Positions 48,655 to 59,030 of a stretch of 64,000 nt of DNA are shown piece after piece. Position 1 is the stretch's first letter. Each line of letters starts with the position of its first letter. The notes under the pieces are model-generated. The model had not been told where the DNA came from. It saw only the letters and a program-made list of their open reading frames with translations, and made no database searches. This stretch comes from an uncultured Planctomycetia bacterium (lineage in GTDB: Bacteria; Omnitrophota; Gorgyraeia; Duberdicusellales; 4484-171), in NCBI GenBank assembly GCA_964635565.1, contig CAZWON010000001.1, positions 7,020-71,019 on the forward strand, written 5' to 3'. The position numbers and the translations under genes were made by a program.

Positions 48655-49095
48655 ATGATTTATAGAAATAGGAAACCTTCTTCTATAGAGGAAAAAGCAA
48701 AAAAAACACAGGGTGATACATTTAAACCTGAGGATATCGATGTATCTATTTTACAGACTATCCCTTATAAGTATCCACAAAATAAAATAACAGTGAAACT
48801 GCAGTCTAACGAGTTCACATGTCTTTGTCCTTTCTCAGGTTTACCTGATTATGCATACCTTTCAATTTCCTATATTCCTTATAGAAAGCTCATTGAACTT
48901 AAGTCATTAAAGTATTATTTGTATGCTTTTAGAAGTGTTAAAGTTTATAATGAGCACGCGGTGAATAAGATTATGGAGGATTTGAGAAAAGTTCTTAGGC
49001 CTCGCCAGATTATAGTAGAAGCAGAGTTTACAACGCGAGGCGGGATTAAAAACAAGGTAACTGCTTCTTATATTTCTAATAAAAGACACCGTTAA
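48655..49095 (+). CDS. queF: 7-cyano-7-deazaguanine (preQ0) reductase, type I
   Basis: EFTCLCP-SG-PDY, ELKSLKYYL, RGGI; AAGGAG SD. Confidence 0.93.
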   Translation: MIYRNRKPSSIEEKAKKTQGDTFKPEDIDVSILQTIPYKYPQNKITVKLQSNEFTCLCPFSGLPDYAYLSISYIPYRKLIELKSLKYYLYAFRSVKVYNEHAVNKIMEDLRKVLRPRQIIVEAEFTTRGGIKNKVTASYISNKRHR

Positions 49096-49113
49096 TAGGG
49101 GAAATGAAGTAGA

Positions 49114-50829
49114 ATGAAGAATGCACAAATCGCTAGGATTTTTAGAGATATTGCTAAGTTGTTAGAGTTAAAAGGTGAGAATCCTTTTAGAATAAGGGCC
49201 TATGAGAGAGCTGCTTTAAATATTGATAGTTTAGCGGAGGATTTAGAAGTATTCTTAAATAGAGGCAGGCTTACGGAAATTCCTGGGATAGGCAAAGACT
49301 TAGCCTTAAAGGTAGAGGAAATTATTAAAACAGGTACCTTATCCTTCTATGAAAAATTAAAGAAAGATATTCCTGAAAGCCTTCTTTTAATGATGGAAAT
49401 ACCTGGTTTGGGCCCCAAAACTGTTAAATATATTTACGATAAGTTACATATAGATACAATTGAGAAGTTAGATTCTGCTGCTAGGAAAGGCAGGTTGCGT
49501 ACTATTGAGGGGATAAGAGAGAAGACTGAAGAAAATATCATTAAAGGAATTGCTCTTATTCGTCAGGGAAAAGAAAGGACACCTTTGTATTTTGCCTTAC
49601 AGATAGCTGGTCAATTTATTAACAGTTTAAAAAAAATAAAAGAAGTAGAGATTATAGAACCTGCAGGATCTTTACGCAGAAGAAAGGATACTGTAAAGGA
49701 TATTGATATTCTGGTTATATCAAAGAAGCCAAAGAGAGTTATGGAATGTTTTACAGGATTACCTCAGGTTAAAGAAGTTATTGCCCACGGAGAGACCAAA
49801 TCTTCTGTAGTAGCAAAAGAACGTAATATTCAGGTTGATGTAAGGGTAGTTAATAAAGATAGTTTCGGAGCCGCTTTGATGTATTTTACAGGTTCAAAAC
49901 AGTTCAATATTAAAATGCGTCAGCTTGCAGTTAAGCGGGGATACAAGATTAATGAATATGGGGTATTTTCTCATAAAGATAAGAAAATTGCGGGAAGAAC
50001 TGAGGAAGAAATTTTTTCTCTTATGAGGATGGAGTATATTCCACCCCAATTACGGGAGGATAGAGGAGAAATAGAGGCAGCTTTAAAGAAAAAACTTCCT
50101 CATCTTTTAGAATTAAAAGATATTAAAGGCGACTTGCATATTCATTCTTTATATAGTGATGGAGATTCTTCTATTGAAGAAATAGCAGAAGCAGCCTTAA
50201 AGAGAGGTTACGAATATGTTGCTATTACTGACCATTCTCAATCTCTTAAAGTAGCAGGGGGCTTGGAGAAGAAGGCAGTTTATAAGAAAATAGAAGAGAT
50301 AAAAAAGATAAATAAAAAATATAGGAATTTCCACATCTTATGTGGGAGTGAAGTTGATATTCTTTCGGAAGGGAACCTTGACTATTCTGACGGTATCCTG
50401 AAAGAGTTTGATTTAGTAATTGCTTCTATTCACTCCGGATTCAAACAATCAAAGAGACAGCTTACTAAAAGAATTATCTCTGCTTGTAAGAATAAGTATG
50501 TTCATATTATCGGTCATCCTACAGGAAGACTTTGGGGCGCGAGAGATGCTTATGATGTTGATTTGGAAGAGATATTTAAGGTAGCAAAAGATTATCACGT
50601 CGCCTTAGAAATTAATTGTTATCCTCAACGGATGGATTTAAATGATGCCAATGCCTTATGGGCAAAAAGAAGGGGGGTGAAGTTATCCTTAGGTACAGAT
50701 GCACATATATTGAAGCAATTAGATACAATGGAATTGGGTTTAAATGTAGCACGCCGAGGTTGGCTTGAGAAGAAGGACATTCTAAATTGTTTAAGTATCG
50801 AATCGCTACGGAAATGGCTAAGAAAATAA
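49114..50829 (+). CDS. polX: DNA polymerase X / PHP 3'-5' exonuclease
   Basis: ENPFRIRAY, HhH motifs, GSLRR, DID, YFTGS, DLHIH, TDH, TDAH. Confidence 0.96.
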   Translation: MKNAQIARIFRDIAKLLELKGENPFRIRAYERAALNIDSLAEDLEVFLNRGRLTEIPGIGKDLALKVEEIIKTGTLSFYEKLKKDIPESLLLMMEIPGLGPKTVKYIYDKLHIDTIEKLDSAARKGRLRTIEGIREKTEENIIKGIALIRQGKERTPLYFALQIAGQFINSLKKIKEVEIIEPAGSLRRRKDTVKDIDILVISKKPKRVMECFTGLPQVKEVIAHGETKSSVVAKERNIQVDVRVVNKDSFGAALMYFTGSKQFNIKMRQLAVKRGYKINEYGVFSHKDKKIAGRTEEEIFSLMRMEYIPPQLREDRGEIEAALKKKLPHLLELKDIKGDLHIHSLYSDGDSSIEEIAEAALKRGYEYVAITDHSQSLKVAGGLEKKAVYKKIEEIKKINKKYRNFHILCGSEVDILSEGNLDYSDGILKEFDLVIASIHSGFKQSKRQLTKRIISACKNKYVHIIGHPTGRLWGARDAYDVDLEEIFKVAKDYHVALEINCYPQRMDLNDANALWAKRRGVKLSLGTDAHILKQLDTMELGLNVARRGWLEKKDILNCLSIESLRKWLRK

Positions 50830-51773
50830 GGATTTTTATCTTTCTTTTTATATTTTCTTGTTGCGATAGAGTGCCTTATCAAAAAACTTTTATAATATCA
50901 GGTACATATCTTACCGTCACTTCTTATGAAAAGCAGGCTATTTCTGTGGCTTATGATGAATTCAAACGGTTAGATAAGATATTTAATATTTATGATCCCT
51001 CTTCAGAAGTTTCTTGTCTTAATAAAAGTTACAATGAACCACTTTTAGTTTCCTCGGAGATGATAGAGCTTCTTCTTTTGTCTCGTCAGGTATACGACCT
51101 TACTGAAGGGAATTTTGATATTTCACAAGGAAGAGTTTATAATTTTTGGAAAAAGTTAAAGGAGGGTAAAAAATTAAAGAAGTTCCCTTCCCTGGAAGAG
51201 ATTCAAACTTTGGTAAAAAAAGGAGGTATGGAGTTTATAGAGATTAATCCTACTACCCATACAGTAACAATTAAAAAGAAAGGATTAAAGTTAGATTTCT
51301 CTGGAATTGCCAAGGGTTTTATGGTAGACAAAGCAGTTATGCGTTTAAAGAAAGAAGGTATAAAAAATGTTTTAATTAATGCGGGTGGAGATATATACTG
51401 TTTGGGAAAAAATAAAGATTCATTTTGGGAAGTAGGTATAAGAGACCCCGCTTCTAAAGAAGGGATAATTGAAGTGCTTTCTTTGTTTAATGAAGCAGTA
51501 GCAACTTCGGGAAGCTACGAACAGTTCTTTATCTATAACGGAAAACGCTATTCTCATATTATAAATCCTAAAACAGGTTTTCCCGTCACCAATGATGTAC
51601 TTAGTGTTACAGTGATAGCTAAGAACTGTACTATAGCAGATAGCCTTGCTACCGCATTTTTTGTAATGGGACTTAGAGGGATAGAGAAGTTTTTAAAGCA
51701 AACTCCCTCAACAATGAGAATATTTGTTATAACAAAAACATCTCAGGGGAAAAAAATACATGTTTTCCAATAA
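50814..51773 (+). CDS. apbE: FAD:protein FMN transferase lipoprotein
   Basis: LDFSGIAKG, NAGGD, ATSGSYE, HIINP-TG, AD-LATA. Start moved to ATG 50814. Confidence 0.93.
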   Translation: MAKKIRIFIFLFIFSCCDRVPYQKTFIISGTYLTVTSYEKQAISVAYDEFKRLDKIFNIYDPSSEVSCLNKSYNEPLLVSSEMIELLLLSRQVYDLTEGNFDISQGRVYNFWKKLKEGKKLKKFPSLEEIQTLVKKGGMEFIEINPTTHTVTIKKKGLKLDFSGIAKGFMVDKAVMRLKKEGIKNVLINAGGDIYCLGKNKDSFWEVGIRDPASKEGIIEVLSLFNEAVATSGSYEQFFIYNGKRYSHIINPKTGFPVTNDVLSVTVIAKNCTIADSLATAFFVMGLRGIEKFLKQTPSTMRIFVITKTSQGKKIHVFQ

Positions 51774-52614
51774 AGTTACTCCCTTAGATATCATTAATAA
51801 GAAAGGTAAAGATAAAATAACTATGCTTACCTGTTACGATACCTCTTTTGCCTCTATTCTTGATGAGGCAGGAGTAGATATTATTCTTGTAGGAGATTCT
51901 TTAGCAAATGTTGTATTAGGAATGGATACTACAAAAGATATAAGTTTTAGGGAGATGTTTAATCATACACGGGCAGTACGAAAGGCAGTTAAGAGAGCTT
52001 TAGTGGTTGCGGATATGCCCTATAAAAGTTACCAGATAAATAGAAGAAAAGCTTTATACTATGCAGAGAAGTTTATTAAAGAAGCAGGTGCTGATGCAGT
52101 AAAATTAGAGTGGTTTTTTTATTGTAGAGAGATAACCCGCCTTTTGGTTAGGCACAAAATCTCCGTTATGGGACACATTGGACTTACCCCTCAGACAGCA
52201 GATAAGTTAGGAGGGTTTCTTGTGCAGGGTAAAAATGCTGAAAAAGCTCTTATGCTTATCGAAGAAGCAAAGGCTCTTGAGAAGGCGGGAGTTTTTAGTA
52301 TGGTAATTGAATGTGTTCCTGCAAAAGTATCCAAAGTTATTACTGAGACTATAAAAATCCCTACAATTGGGATTGGGGCAGGTAGCGGATGTGATGGCCA
52401 GGTTTTGGTCCTTTATGATTTGTTGGGATTATATAATAAACTCAGCCCAAGATTTGTTCGCAAGTTTGTTGATTTGTCTTCTCTTATAAATAAAGCAGTA
52501 AGAGAGTTTATCAGCAAGGTAAAGAAAAATCAGTTTCCTTTACCCCAAGAGAGCTTTTCTATAAAAGAAGAAGAGTTTAAAAATTTCCTTAAGCTGTTAA
52601 AAAAGCGATACTAA
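51760..52614 (+). CDS. panB: Ketopantoate hydroxymethyltransferase
   Basis: LTCYD, LVGDSL, ADMP, HIGLTPQ, GIGAG--CDGQVLV. Confidence 0.96.
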   Translation: MFSNKVTPLDIINKKGKDKITMLTCYDTSFASILDEAGVDIILVGDSLANVVLGMDTTKDISFREMFNHTRAVRKAVKRALVVADMPYKSYQINRRKALYYAEKFIKEAGADAVKLEWFFYCREITRLLVRHKISVMGHIGLTPQTADKLGGFLVQGKNAEKALMLIEEAKALEKAGVFSMVIECVPAKVSKVITETIKIPTIGIGAGSGCDGQVLVLYDLLGLYNKLSPRFVRKFVDLSSLINKAVREFISKVKKNQFPLPQESFSIKEEEFKNFLKLLKKRY

Positions 52615-52731
52615 CTCTTTTTTATCCTCCCCTTTTATTTAATCTCCTTGAGGAAAGTTTTTTCCGTTAGTGTAAAATTTAGTGGGGTAGTAGAGAAGGA
52701 AGAATAGTAGTAGTAGTTTTTTCCATCAATG

Positions 52732-52760
52732 TTGACACACTAAATATTTTGTGGTATGGT
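52732..52760 (+). promoter_or_regulatory. sigma70 promoter of proC
   Basis: TTGACA-17 nt-TATGGT with an extended -10 TG; overlaps the ORF-track ATG at 52756. Confidence 0.55.
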
Positions 52761-52770
52761 AAACCACTTT

Positions 52771-53577
52771 ATGAAGAAGAAATTATCTATTGGGCTTGTA
52801 GGATTTGGGAATATGGGTAGGGCATTAGGAGAAGCTCTTTTATCTGAAAGTGCCTATCAGTTATTAGCTTACGATAAAGAGAAAAAGAAGCTGAAAGGAA
52901 TAGATTCCATTATTAGGAAAGAGAGCTTGGAAAAAATTATTCCTTCTGTTAATGTGGTAATCTTAGCGATAAAACCGCAAGATATAGAAATTTTTATAAA
53001 GGATGCAGTTAGATATTTTATAAAGAAAAGACCTCTTCTTATTTCTATTGCTGCGGGGGTTCCTACCTATTTTTTTGAAAAAAGAATTAAGGGAATAAGA
53101 GTGATAAGAGTGATGCCTAATTTAGCAGTAAAGGTAAGAAGTTCTGTCTCTTTTATGTGTAAGGGAAAGTTAGCTACGAAAAAGGATTTAGATGTTGCGT
53201 ATAAGATTTTTAGTTGCGTAGGGAAGGTATTTGTAATTAAGGAGAGTTTTTTAGATAAGGTAACGAGTATAAGTGGGAGTGGTCCTGGCTATGTATATTA
53301 TTTTATGGATGCAATAATGAAGTCCGCTCTTAAACTGGGTTTTTCGCAGGAAATTGCCAGAATGATGATTGAAGAAACTTTTTTAGGGGCGGTTAGATTT
53401 GCAACATTAAGCGGAAAGGAATTTTCTAAGTTGATAGAAGATGTTGCTTCGCGCGGTGGTACAACAGAGTCCGCTCTTAGAATTTTTACTAAGAAAAGAT
53501 TGAACTCTATAATTAATGAAGCGATAAATTCTGCTTATAAAAAAGCAAAAGAACTTGCTAACTATTATCATAAGTAA
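52771..53577 (+). CDS. proC: Pyrroline-5-carboxylate reductase
   Basis: GFGNMG, AIKPQ, SIAAG, RVMPN, SGSGPGY, SRGGTT. Start at 52771 preferred because of the promoter position. Confidence 0.96.
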   Translation: MKKKLSIGLVGFGNMGRALGEALLSESAYQLLAYDKEKKKLKGIDSIIRKESLEKIIPSVNVVILAIKPQDIEIFIKDAVRYFIKKRPLLISIAAGVPTYFFEKRIKGIRVIRVMPNLAVKVRSSVSFMCKGKLATKKDLDVAYKIFSCVGKVFVIKESFLDKVTSISGSGPGYVYYFMDAIMKSALKLGFSQEIARMMIEETFLGAVRFATLSGKEFSKLIEDVASRGGTTESALRIFTKKRLNSIINEAINSAYKKAKELANYYHK

Positions 53578-53608
53578 CACACATAAGTAATAGTAGCAAA
53601 GGGGGGTT

Positions 53609-54466
53609 ATGGAAAGAATAGGTATAATTGGAGGAAGTGGGCTTTATAAACTGGAAGGAATAAAGAGGAAAAAAGAAATTTCTTTAAGGACGCCTTTTGG
53701 TAAACCTTCGTCGTCTTATATTATTGCTGAATTTCAGAAAAGAGAAGTCGTTTTTTTACCTCGTCATGGAAAAGAGCATACAATTTCCCCATCATTAATT
53801 AATTATCGGGCAAATATTTATGGCATGAAAAAACTAAATGTAGGGTGGATTGTTTCTGTAAGTGCGTGCGGTTCTCTTAAAGAAGAGCTTAAACCACTTG
53901 ATTTTGTTATTCCTCTTCAGTTTGTTGACAGAACCAATCAAGCCAGGAAGTATACCTTTTTTGATGAGGGTATTGTAGTTCACATTGGTTTCGCTTATCC
54001 TATATGCGAGAGCTTGGCGAAAAAAATAGAGGAAGCGGCAAGAAAGGTAGGAGTAGAGGTCCATTTTGGAGGGACATATCTTAATATGGAAGGTCCTCAA
54101 TTTTCTACTCTGGCAGAGTCTAATCTTTACAGAAGTTGGGGGATGGACATTATTGGGATGACTAACCTTGCAGAAGCACGTTTAGCTAAAGAGGCAGAGA
54201 TTTGTTATGCTACTTTAGCCTCAGTTACTGACTATGACTGTTGGCATCCTTCCCATGATAGCGTTACTGCGAGGATGGTTATTGCTAATCTTATTAAAAA
54301 TGTAGAAAATGCTAAAAAGATAATTAAAGAGATAATCCCCCTTATAGAAAAAGAGAGAACATGTAAATGTAAGGATACTTTAAAAAGTTCTATTGTAACG
54401 CAAAAAAAATTTATTCCCAAAAAGAAAAAAGAGGAGCTTAAGATAATTTTGAAAAAATATCTATAG
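53609..54466 (+). CDS. mtnP: S-methyl-5'-thioadenosine phosphorylase
   Basis: [31 protein letters not shown]. Confidence 0.94.
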   Translation: MERIGIIGGSGLYKLEGIKRKKEISLRTPFGKPSSSYIIAEFQKREVVFLPRHGKEHTISPSLINYRANIYGMKKLNVGWIVSVSACGSLKEELKPLDFVIPLQFVDRTNQARKYTFFDEGIVVHIGFAYPICESLAKKIEEAARKVGVEVHFGGTYLNMEGPQFSTLAESNLYRSWGMDIIGMTNLAEARLAKEAEICYATLASVTDYDCWHPSHDSVTARMVIANLIKNVENAKKIIKEIIPLIEKERTCKCKDTLKSSIVTQKKFIPKKKKEELKIILKKYL

Positions 54467-54471
54467 GAAAA

Positions 54472-57246
54472 ATGGACTATCGTAATACTCTTAATTTACC
54501 GCGGACAACTTTTTCTATGAAAGCAAACCTTATGTATTTAGAACCTAAGATATTAACTTTCTGGGATGAAATTAGGATTTATGAGCTTTTGCAAAAAAAT
54601 AGAGAAAAGAAAAAAAAGTTTGTTCTTCACGACGGTCCTCCTTATGCCAATGGCCCTATTCACATAGGCCATGCTCTTAATAAGATACTTAAGGATATCA
54701 TCGTTAAATTAAAGAGTATCTCGGGCTACAATACACCTTTTATTATAGGGTGGGATTGCCATGGTTTGCCTGTAGAGCATCAGCTTTTTAAAGAGTTAGA
54801 TAAGAGCAAATCCGAAGTAGATGTGGTAGATTTTAGAAAAAAAGCTCGTCAATTCGCTTTAAAATTTGTAGATTTACAGAAAGAGGATTTTAAACGTTTG
54901 GGTATATTTAGTGATTGGAAAAAGCCTTATCTTACTTTATCTAATGATTATGAGTATTGGGTGTTGATTCTTTTAAGAGAACTGGTTGTTTCCGGATATG
55001 TATATCGAGGAAGGCGACCTGTTAACTGGTGCGTAGTGTGTGAAACTGCTCTTGCTGAAGCAGAAGTTGAGTATGTAGATAAAGAATCGCCTTCTATTTA
55101 TTTTCTCTTTAAAATAAAAGATGCTAAAGGAAGAGTTAAAGCCAGCAATGTATACTTTTTGATATGGACAACTACTCCTTGGACTCTTATTTCCAATGTT
55201 GCAGTAGCAGTTCATCCTGATTTAGACTATGGAGTTTTTGATTATAAAGATAAATCACTGATTTTTGCTTTAGAATTAAAGGATTTTCTCAATAAAAAGT
55301 TAGGGATTACCTTAGAAGAAAGCGAAGTATATAAGGGTAGAGACTTAGAAGGTATTGTACTTCACCATCCTTTTATAGAGAGAGAGTCGCTTGTAGTTAA
55401 AGCAGATTTTGTTTCTTGTAAGGAAGGAAGTGGATGCGTCCATATTGCTCCTGGTCATGGTCAAGAGGATTTTTCTTTGGTAAAAAAGTATAATTTAGAT
55501 ATAATTATGCCTTTAGATGAAAAAGGAATTTTTACGGAAGAGGCAGGCAAATTTTCAGGAAAGGATATTTACGAAGCAAATAATTTAGTAATTGAGTTAT
55601 TAAGAAGTAAGGGTTATCTTATTAGAAATGAAACTGTCATTCATTCCTATCCTCATTGTTGGCGGTGTAAAAATCCCATTGTTTTTAGGGCAACCTACCA
55701 GTGGTTTTTGGATATAGAGCATAATAATCTTCGCAGAAGACTCTTGGAAGTAATAGAAAAGGTAAAATGGATTCCTTCTTCAGGAATTGAAAGAATGCGC
55801 AGTATGTTAACCTTAAGGCCTGACTGGTGTCTTTCTCGTCAAAGACTATGGGGCGTCCCTATTCCTGTAGTTAAATGTAAGAGCTGTCGAGAAATTATTC
55901 TTAATGCGGAAGTAATAGAGAGAACAGCAGATATTTTTAGGAAGGAAGGTTCTGATAGTTGGTTTATGAAAGATGTTTTGTATTTTTTACCTTCTGATTT
56001 TAAATGTCCCCGGTGTGGCAATATAGAATTTGATAAAGAAAACGATATATTGGATGTATGGTTTGAATCAGGGGCAAGTTTTCTGGCAGTGGTAAGGAGT
56101 AATGAAAATTTACGTTTTCCTGCGGATATATACCTTGAGGGAAGTGACCAGCATAGAGGGTGGTTTCAGGTTTCTTTAATTCCTTCTGTAGCAAAATATA
56201 ATACCGCTCCCTTTAATACTGTTCTTACCCATGGGTTTGTGGTAGATAGTGAAGGGAGAAAGATGTCTAAATCATTGGGCAATGTTATTTCTCCTCAGGA
56301 AATTGTTAAGGAATATGGGGCAGAGATACTTAGATTATGGGTTGCTTCTAGTGATTATTCAGAGGATATAAAATTATCCCGCCAGATAATAAATCAACTG
56401 ATAGATATTTATAGAAAGATAAGGAATACTTTAAGATTTATTATGGGGAATCTCTACGATTTTGACGAAGATGTTGATTATATAGAAGAAAAAGAGCTGA
56501 AAGAAATTGATAAGTATATGTTGTATAAGAGTAGAGTATTTTTAAGGGAAGTTATAAGAGACTATGAAGGCTTTAGTTTTTATAAAGTTTGCCAGAAAAT
56601 ATTTAATTTCTGCAACCTTGATTTGAGTTCTTTCTATCTTGACATATTAAAAGATAGATTATATACTTATTCCCCAGTTTCAAAAGAGAGGAAATCAGCA
56701 CAGAATGTGCTCTATTATATCATTAAAGCTCTTTTAAAAATTATTGCTCCTATTTTACCTTTTACTGCAGAAGATGCTTTTCTTTCTTTTCATGCCTGGA
56801 AAGGTAAACAAGAGTCAATATTTCTTCATAGTTTTGATGAGGATAAAGAACAAATGCACATAGAGAGGGATATTCTTGTAAAGGGAGAAAAGATTTTGGC
56901 TTTAAGGAGTGAAGTTTTAAAAGAGATTGAGAGAAAAAGAGAAGAATCTATTATTGGTAGTTCTCTGGAGGCAGAAGTTAATATTTACTGTGACAAGGAT
57001 GATTATTTATTTTTTAAAGAGCGGGAAGATATCTTAAGAGAGGTTTTTATTGTTTCCAAAGTTAGAGTGGAAAGAGGCAACTTTAAAATTGAAGTTAAAA
57101 AGGCAGAGGGTAACAAGTGTTTACGTTGTTGGAATTGGCGTAAAGACGTAGGGAGCAAAAAAGAGTATGTTGATTTGTGCTTAAGATGCGTAAGTGTTTT
57201 GAAAGGAGGAGATAATGTTAAGAAGAAAACCGCAGAGAAAAGGTAA
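54472..57246 (+). CDS. ileS: Isoleucyl-tRNA synthetase (type 1)
   Basis: DGPPYANG-IHIGH, WTTTPWT, EGSDQHRGWF, KMSKS, C-terminal CLRCW..CLRC. Confidence 0.98.
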   Translation: MDYRNTLNLPRTTFSMKANLMYLEPKILTFWDEIRIYELLQKNREKKKKFVLHDGPPYANGPIHIGHALNKILKDIIVKLKSISGYNTPFIIGWDCHGLPVEHQLFKELDKSKSEVDVVDFRKKARQFALKFVDLQKEDFKRLGIFSDWKKPYLTLSNDYEYWVLILLRELVVSGYVYRGRRPVNWCVVCETALAEAEVEYVDKESPSIYFLFKIKDAKGRVKASNVYFLIWTTTPWTLISNVAVAVHPDLDYGVFDYKDKSLIFALELKDFLNKKLGITLEESEVYKGRDLEGIVLHHPFIERESLVVKADFVSCKEGSGCVHIAPGHGQEDFSLVKKYNLDIIMPLDEKGIFTEEAGKFSGKDIYEANNLVIELLRSKGYLIRNETVIHSYPHCWRCKNPIVFRATYQWFLDIEHNNLRRRLLEVIEKVKWIPSSGIERMRSMLTLRPDWCLSRQRLWGVPIPVVKCKSCREIILNAEVIERTADIFRKEGSDSWFMKDVLYFLPSDFKCPRCGNIEFDKENDILDVWFESGASFLAVVRSNENLRFPADIYLEGSDQHRGWFQVSLIPSVAKYNTAPFNTVLTHGFVVDSEGRKMSKSLGNVISPQEIVKEYGAEILRLWVASSDYSEDIKLSRQIINQLIDIYRKIRNTLRFIMGNLYDFDEDVDYIEEKELKEIDKYMLYKSRVFLREVIRDYEGFSFYKVCQKIFNFCNLDLSSFYLDILKDRLYTYSPVSKERKSAQNVLYYIIKALLKIIAPILPFTAEDAFLSFHAWKGKQESIFLHSFDEDKEQMHIERDILVKGEKILALRSEVLKEIERKREESIIGSSLEAEVNIYCDKDDYLFFKEREDILREVFIVSKVRVERGNFKIEVKKAEGNKCLRCWNWRKDVGSKKEYVDLCLRCVSVLKGGDNVKKKTAEKR

Positions 57247-57679
57247 GACAAATAGATCAGGAAAAAAGACTGTCCAGAGAAGAGCAAGGTTAAAAAGATT
57301 AAGAGCTAAAGACTTAAAGAAATTTAAAGAAATTCTTATAAATTTTAAAGAAAGTCTTCTTGATAAGATAAGAGATATTTCTGCAGATACTCTTATGAAA
57401 TCTCAGAAGGATATTTCCGGAGACATTTCTGGCTATAGTTTGCATATGGCAGATGTGGCAAGCGATAATTATGAGAGAGAATTTAATTTAGACCTTGTTT
57501 CTAATGAGCATAAGATATTGTTTCAGATAGATGAGGCTCTTAAGAGAATAGAAGATAAAAGCTATGGAATATGTTTGTTGTGTAATAAAAACATTACCAA
57601 AGGACGCTTAAAGGCTATCCCTTATGCACGGTATTGTGCAAAATGTAGGGAGAAACTGGAGAAGGAAAACAGGATATAA
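57215..57679 (+). CDS. DksA/TraR C4 zinc-finger protein
   Basis: HMADVASD coiled-coil tip, YGICLLC...RLKAIPYA-YCAKC; GGAGG SD. Confidence 0.92.
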   Translation: MLRRKPQRKGKTNRSGKKTVQRRARLKRLRAKDLKKFKEILINFKESLLDKIRDISADTLMKSQKDISGDISGYSLHMADVASDNYEREFNLDLVSNEHKILFQIDEALKRIEDKSYGICLLCNKNITKGRLKAIPYARYCAKCREKLEKENRI

Positions 57680-57680
57680 A

Positions 57681-58138
57681 ATGGGGTAGCTACCTTAGTC
57701 AGCGGTATTGTTTTTCTTATAGATTACTTTATAAAAAGTTATCTTAAAAACAACTTACCTTTTCAATCAATTCCCATAGTAAAGAATGTTTTTCATATTA
57801 CTGTTGTTTTTAATCAGGGAGCGGCTTTTGGGATTTTAAAAGGTTGCTCTACACTTCTTATATACATAGGATTTATTTTTATTGTTGTTCTGGTTGCGAT
57901 GATTAAAAAAGAGAAGAAAAATATGACATCTAAGGTAGCTTTGGGATTAGTTTTAGGAGGAGCGTTATCTAATCTTTTTGATAGGATATTTTATGGTTTT
58001 GTAGTTGATTATATAGATATAATAATATGGCCGGTATTTAATCTTTCTGATATGTGTATAAATGTTGGTGTGGGTATTTTTCTTTTTTATTCATTGATTT
58101 ATAGTGAGAAAAGAACTTTGCGTAGACAAAAAAAATAG
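57681..58138 (+). CDS. lspA: Lipoprotein signal peptidase II; the SD-preceded ATG is out of frame with the body of the gene
   Basis: Frame open from 57680 encodes ID---K, NQGAAFG, GGALSNLFDR, VVDYI, WPVFNLSD. ATG 57681 reads ATG GGG TAG. Confidence 0.9.
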
Positions 58139-58997
58139 GGGATTGCGCTTAGATAAGTTTGTCGCTTTAAACAGCTCTAATTTATCACGTACGAGAATAG
58201 GCAAAATGATTGAAAGAGGAGAAATTTTAGTTAATGGAGAAAAGAAAAAGTCAAGCTATACTGTAAAGGAAAAAGATAAGGTCGTTGTTTCGTTACTTTA
58301 TGAAGAGATAAAAATCCTTAAGCCTTATCCTGTAACTGTTGATATTTTATATGAGGATAATGATATTATTGTGGTTAATAAACCTAAGGATTTAGTTGTT
58401 CATCCTCCTAAGGAAGGTTGTCAAAGGACGCTCGTTAATGCTTTAATATATATGGGTAAAAAATTATCGTCGGTTAATCCCGCAAGACCAGCGATAGTGC
58501 ATCGTCTTGATAAAGAGACTACAGGGGTTATGGTGCTGGCAAAGAACAATTACAGCCATCTCAAACTCATTAAAGAATTTAGAGAAAGAAAGGTTAAAAA
58601 AGAATATCGAGCAATGGTTTGGGGAGTATTTAAAGAAGATGATGTTTCTGTTGAGTTGCCCTTAAAAAGACACGAGCGCAATAGACTTAAAATGAAAGTG
58701 AGTATGTTTAAATCAAAACAAGCTATTACCCATATTAAGGTATTAAAGAGGTTATCAGATTCTACTTATGTGCAATTACTTATTTCTACAGGAAGAACAC
58801 ATCAGATAAGAGTCCATATGAATTTTTTAGGATATCCTATTGTAGGAGATAAAAAATATGGTAGAAAAGATAACTTCGGTACTTTATTTCTTCACTCATT
58901 TAGATTAGGGTTTAGGCATCCTTCTAACAGAGAATTTATGGAGTTTGAGGCACCTCTGCCAGATTGGTTTAATAGGTTTATGGAAGAAAATAGCTAA
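58104..58997 (+). CDS. RluA/RluD-family pseudouridine synthase with S4 domain
   Basis: RLDKF, VNKP--LVVHP, VHRLDKETTG, TGRTHQIRVH, GDKKYG. Confidence 0.95.
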   Translation: MRKELCVDKKNRGLRLDKFVALNSSNLSRTRIGKMIERGEILVNGEKKKSSYTVKEKDKVVVSLLYEEIKILKPYPVTVDILYEDNDIIVVNKPKDLVVHPPKEGCQRTLVNALIYMGKKLSSVNPARPAIVHRLDKETTGVMVLAKNNYSHLKLIKEFRERKVKKEYRAMVWGVFKEDDVSVELPLKRHERNRLKMKVSMFKSKQAITHIKVLKRLSDSTYVQLLISTGRTHQIRVHMNFLGYPIVGDKKYGRKDNFGTLFLHSFRLGFRHPSNREFMEFEAPLPDWFNRFMEENS

Positions 58998-59030
58998 TAA
59001 GTTTTTGATGAATTATTGAGATTAATTAAT

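Noticed and set aside
49114-50829. PolX with MazG and nuclease genes as a prophage or defence island
   Set aside because: The genes are dispersed among housekeeping operons, with no integrase, phage structural genes, att-like repeats or visible compositional shift.
52615-52731. Pyrimidine-rich then purine-rich spacer with a short TAG triplet run after panB
   Set aside because: No convincing stem, ORF or repeat family could be defined; probably low-complexity spacer.
57899-58138. 79-aa ORF as a complete protein
   Set aside because: It is only the C-terminal half of LspA; homology extends upstream in the same frame to 57680.
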